DNA of 28,339 nt, taken from the NCBI GenBank assembly GCA_034722055.1, contig JAYENL010000216.1, forward strand, positions 1 through 28,339. Reading direction: 5' to 3'. The position numbers and the translations under genes are program-made. Of the stretch, positions 26,087 through 28,339 are shown in pieces (positions within the stretch are counted from its first letter, which is position 1; every line of letters starts with the position of its first letter). The DNA is from Armatimonadota bacterium. GTDB taxonomy: Bacteria; Armatimonadota; Zipacnadia; Zipacnadales; UBA5352. The notes under the pieces were generated by a model that did not search any database, was not told the DNA's origin, and worked only from the letters and a program-made list of their open reading frames with translations.

Positions 26087-27076
26087 ATGCAGACGCGGAA
26101 GCTTGGCAACAGTGATCTTGAGGTGCCGGTCATCTGTTTCGGCTGCTGGGCCATCGCCGGAGGACAGTGGTGGGGCGAGCAGGACGAGAGGGACGCCACC
26201 GACGCCATGCGCCTGGCCGTGGACATCGGGCTGAACTTCTTCGACACCGCCGAGGGCTATGGCGGCGGCGCCTCCGAGGAGCTGCTCGGCCGGGGGCTGA
26301 AGGGCATCCGGGATGACGCCATCATCGCTACCAAGGCCTCCCCCAGCCACCACGAGCCGGACGCGCTCAAGCAGGCCTGCGAGGACTCTCTGCGCAGGCT
26401 GCAGACCGACTACATCGACGTCTATCAGCTCCACTGGCCGAGCCGCAGCGTCCCCTTCGAGGACACCTGGGCGGCCATGGAGGAGCTGATCGAGGAGGGC
26501 AAGGTGCGCGTGGGCGGGGTCTCCAACTGGGGGCCGCAGGACCTCGACGAGATCCTGCAGCACGGCCACCCGGACGTCAACCAGGTCTCCTACTCGCTGC
26601 TGTTCAGGGCCATCGAGCACGAGATCCGGCCCAAGTGCGTGGAGGAGAAGGTCTCGATCCTCTGCTACAGCCCGCTGATGCAGGGGATGCTGACGGGCAA
26701 GTACGACGGCCCGGACGATGTGCCCGAGGGCCGGGCCCGCAGCCGGCACTTCTCCGACGAGCGGGAGGGCACCCGCCATGGCGAGGAGGGCGCAGAGGAG
26801 GAGACCTTCCAGGCCATCGACCGCATCCGCGACATCTGCGACGACATCGGCGAGGAGATGACCCACGTGGCCGTGGCCTGGCTGATCGCCCAGCCGGGCG
26901 TGGGGAGCGTGATTACCGGCATCCGCAATCCCCAGCAGGCGCGCGAGAACGCCGCGGCGGCGGATCTGAGCCTTCCGCAGGACGTGATCGACAGACTGGA
27001 CGAGGCCACCAGGCCCCTGGAGGAGAAGCTGGGCCCGAACGCCGACATGTGGGAGAGCGAGTCCCGGATACGGTAA
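26087..27076 (+). CDS. Aldo/keto reductase (329 aa)
   Basis: MQTRKLG..ICFGCWAI, FFDTAEGY, IATKAS, IDVYQLHWP, YSPLMQGMLTGK. GGAGG RBS before ATG 26087. Confidence 0.93.
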   Translation: MQTRKLGNSDLEVPVICFGCWAIAGGQWWGEQDERDATDAMRLAVDIGLNFFDTAEGYGGGASEELLGRGLKGIRDDAIIATKASPSHHEPDALKQACEDSLRRLQTDYIDVYQLHWPSRSVPFEDTWAAMEELIEEGKVRVGGVSNWGPQDLDEILQHGHPDVNQVSYSLLFRAIEHEIRPKCVEEKVSILCYSPLMQGMLTGKYDGPDDVPEGRARSRHFSDEREGTRHGEEGAEEETFQAIDRIRDICDDIGEEMTHVAVAWLIAQPGVGSVITGIRNPQQARENAAAADLSLPQDVIDRLDEATRPLEEKLGPNADMWESESRIR

Positions 27077-27325
27077 CTCGCCGGGTGGCGCTGGAGGCGA
27101 GGCATGACCCGCGGCGGATCGACAGGAGGTCCGAGGACAGACCAGACGGAGCGCTGACGGCGGCGCCTGGGGCGTCGCCGTTGTCGTGTGAAGATGACGA
27201 TCGCGTGGCGTGGGGCGGGAGACATCTACGCACGGCCCTGCGCGCGATGAGCCTGTGGCTATCGTTCCACCTGGGGATGCCGCCGGACGTTCCGGCGCGA
27301 TTCTATGCGAAGGTGCGGTGATCGC

Positions 27326-28003
27326 ATGCAACGGCTGGTGCTGTTCGCGAAGCCCCCGCTGCCGGGGAGGGCCAAGATGAGGCTGGCGGAGGAGATCGGC
27401 CCCGCCGGGGCCGCCAAGGTCGCCGAGGCCCTGCTGCAGGACACGCTGGCGCTGTGCGAGGGGCTGCTCAGCGCGTCGCCGGAGGCGGCGCCGCGCCTGG
27501 TGCTGGCCTACACGGAGGCCATCGAGTGGTTCACGCCCCGCCTGGCTGCCGACTGGCGGCTGATCGAGCAGCGTGGCGCGAACCTGGGGGAGCGGCTGCA
27601 CAGCGCCCTGGAGGACATCAAACCGGAGCCCGACGACGCCACGGTCTTCGTCGGCATGGACTGCCCGCAGATGCCTCCGGAGCGCGTCGCGGAGGCCTTC
27701 GAGGCCCTGGAGGCCGCCGACGCGGTGCTCGGGCCCTGCGACGATGCCGGATACTATCTTCTGGGCGTGCGCGGTCCGCTGGCATCGGGCGTCCTGGACG
27801 ATGTGCGCTGGAGCACCCAGGACGCGCTGGCGGACACGGAGGGGGCGCTGGAGGCCGCCAACCTCACCGTCGCGCACCTGTCGCCGGACTTCGACGTGGA
27901 CACCCTTGACGACCTGCGGCGTCTGGGCAAGGGCATGGCCTCCGGAGCCATCAGGGACCTCGAGGCCCTAACCCGCGTCCTGGGCGACCTGGGCCTCCCG
28001 TAG
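27326..28003 (+). CDS. TIGR04282/DUF2064-family nucleotide-sugar transferase-like protein (225 aa)
   Basis: LFAKPPLPGRAKMRL, QRGANLGERL, VGMDCP, VLGPCDDAGYYLLG, WST, DVDTLDDL. Confidence 0.88.
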   Translation: MQRLVLFAKPPLPGRAKMRLAEEIGPAGAAKVAEALLQDTLALCEGLLSASPEAAPRLVLAYTEAIEWFTPRLAADWRLIEQRGANLGERLHSALEDIKPEPDDATVFVGMDCPQMPPERVAEAFEALEAADAVLGPCDDAGYYLLGVRGPLASGVLDDVRWSTQDALADTEGALEAANLTVAHLSPDFDVDTLDDLRRLGKGMASGAIRDLEALTRVLGDLGLP

Positions 28004-28060
28004 TGACCGCGTACGGAAGTCGCCGGACGCTCACAAAGAGCGCCGTCGGCGGGTGGCTTT

Positions 28061-28311
28061 GCCGTACGGCTTACCTTTTACCCACATCGTGGCGACTGGC
28101 GATTCGCAGTGTGCCGTCCGGAGGGGCCGTCTGAGGCTCCAGCATCGTTCGCTGGAGCCGAAGCCGGCCCGGCCGTTGGCCGTCCAGGCCGCCGATTGCG
28201 TCACTTCGCCCCCAGCGGGCCGACTTCGCGCGCTCCTGAGGAGCGCCCTCAGGCGGCCCCTCCACGGCCAACAGCCCTCCCCAACTTGTGGGTGAACGTA
28301 AGCCGTACGAC
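28061..28311. repeat. Nested inverted-repeat element (REPIN/MITE-like or structured RNA)
   Basis: Outer arms 28061-28086 and 28287-28311 (exact CGTACGGCTTAC and ACCCACA blocks). Inner arms 28113-28136 and 28247-28268. Internal hairpins at 28135-28159 and 28230-28246. Confidence 0.7.
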
Positions 28312-28339
28312 ATGACGGCAACGGGCGGTGACAACGATC

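Noticed and set aside
27077..27325. Hairpins in the AKR-TIGR04282 intergenic region
   Set aside because: Short GC stems without a U-tract, repeat match or recognisable RNA motif; compatible with chance.
26063..27877. 604-aa minus-strand ORF
   Set aside because: Antisense shadow of the AKR and TIGR04282 genes.
28031..28334. Small ORFs at the right end
   Set aside because: They overlap the inverted-repeat element and show no RBS or recognisable motifs.
1..28339. CRISPR array, tRNA or rRNA genes
   Set aside because: No regularly spaced direct repeats or RNA-gene signatures were seen in any intergenic region.

Overview
GC-rich (~70%) bacterial chromosomal segment with about 21 CDSs. No rRNA, tRNA, CRISPR array, integrase or transposase was recognised. 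Most genes are uncharacterised carbohydrate or catabolic enzymes: secreted CBM/TIM-barrel GH-like proteins, DUF6259, a GH42-like protein, two Hyi-family isomerases, a UroD-fold protein, a Gfo/Idh/MocA oxidoreductase, an M14 peptidase and two aldo/keto reductases. This gene mix resembles Armatimonadota-type genomes (inference only). Main points: (1) a TcmP (SAM-MTase fold) plus Gp37/Gp68 (DUF5131, three-Cys radical-SAM-like) pair, with a lower-GC tcmP, a near-consensus sigma-A promoter and a LexA-type box at its +1, converging on a QueG-like/family-4 UDG pair; (2) an orphan MreB paralog whose catalytic EEP motif reads PRA; (3) a peptidase E-DUF429 fusion; (4) a recurrent AGG-N18/19-GAA (sigma-H-like) motif 39-46 nt upstream of seven genes; (5) two multi-hairpin inverted-repeat elements sharing a 13-mer. 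Family calls come from motif recognition by eye, not from database searches.
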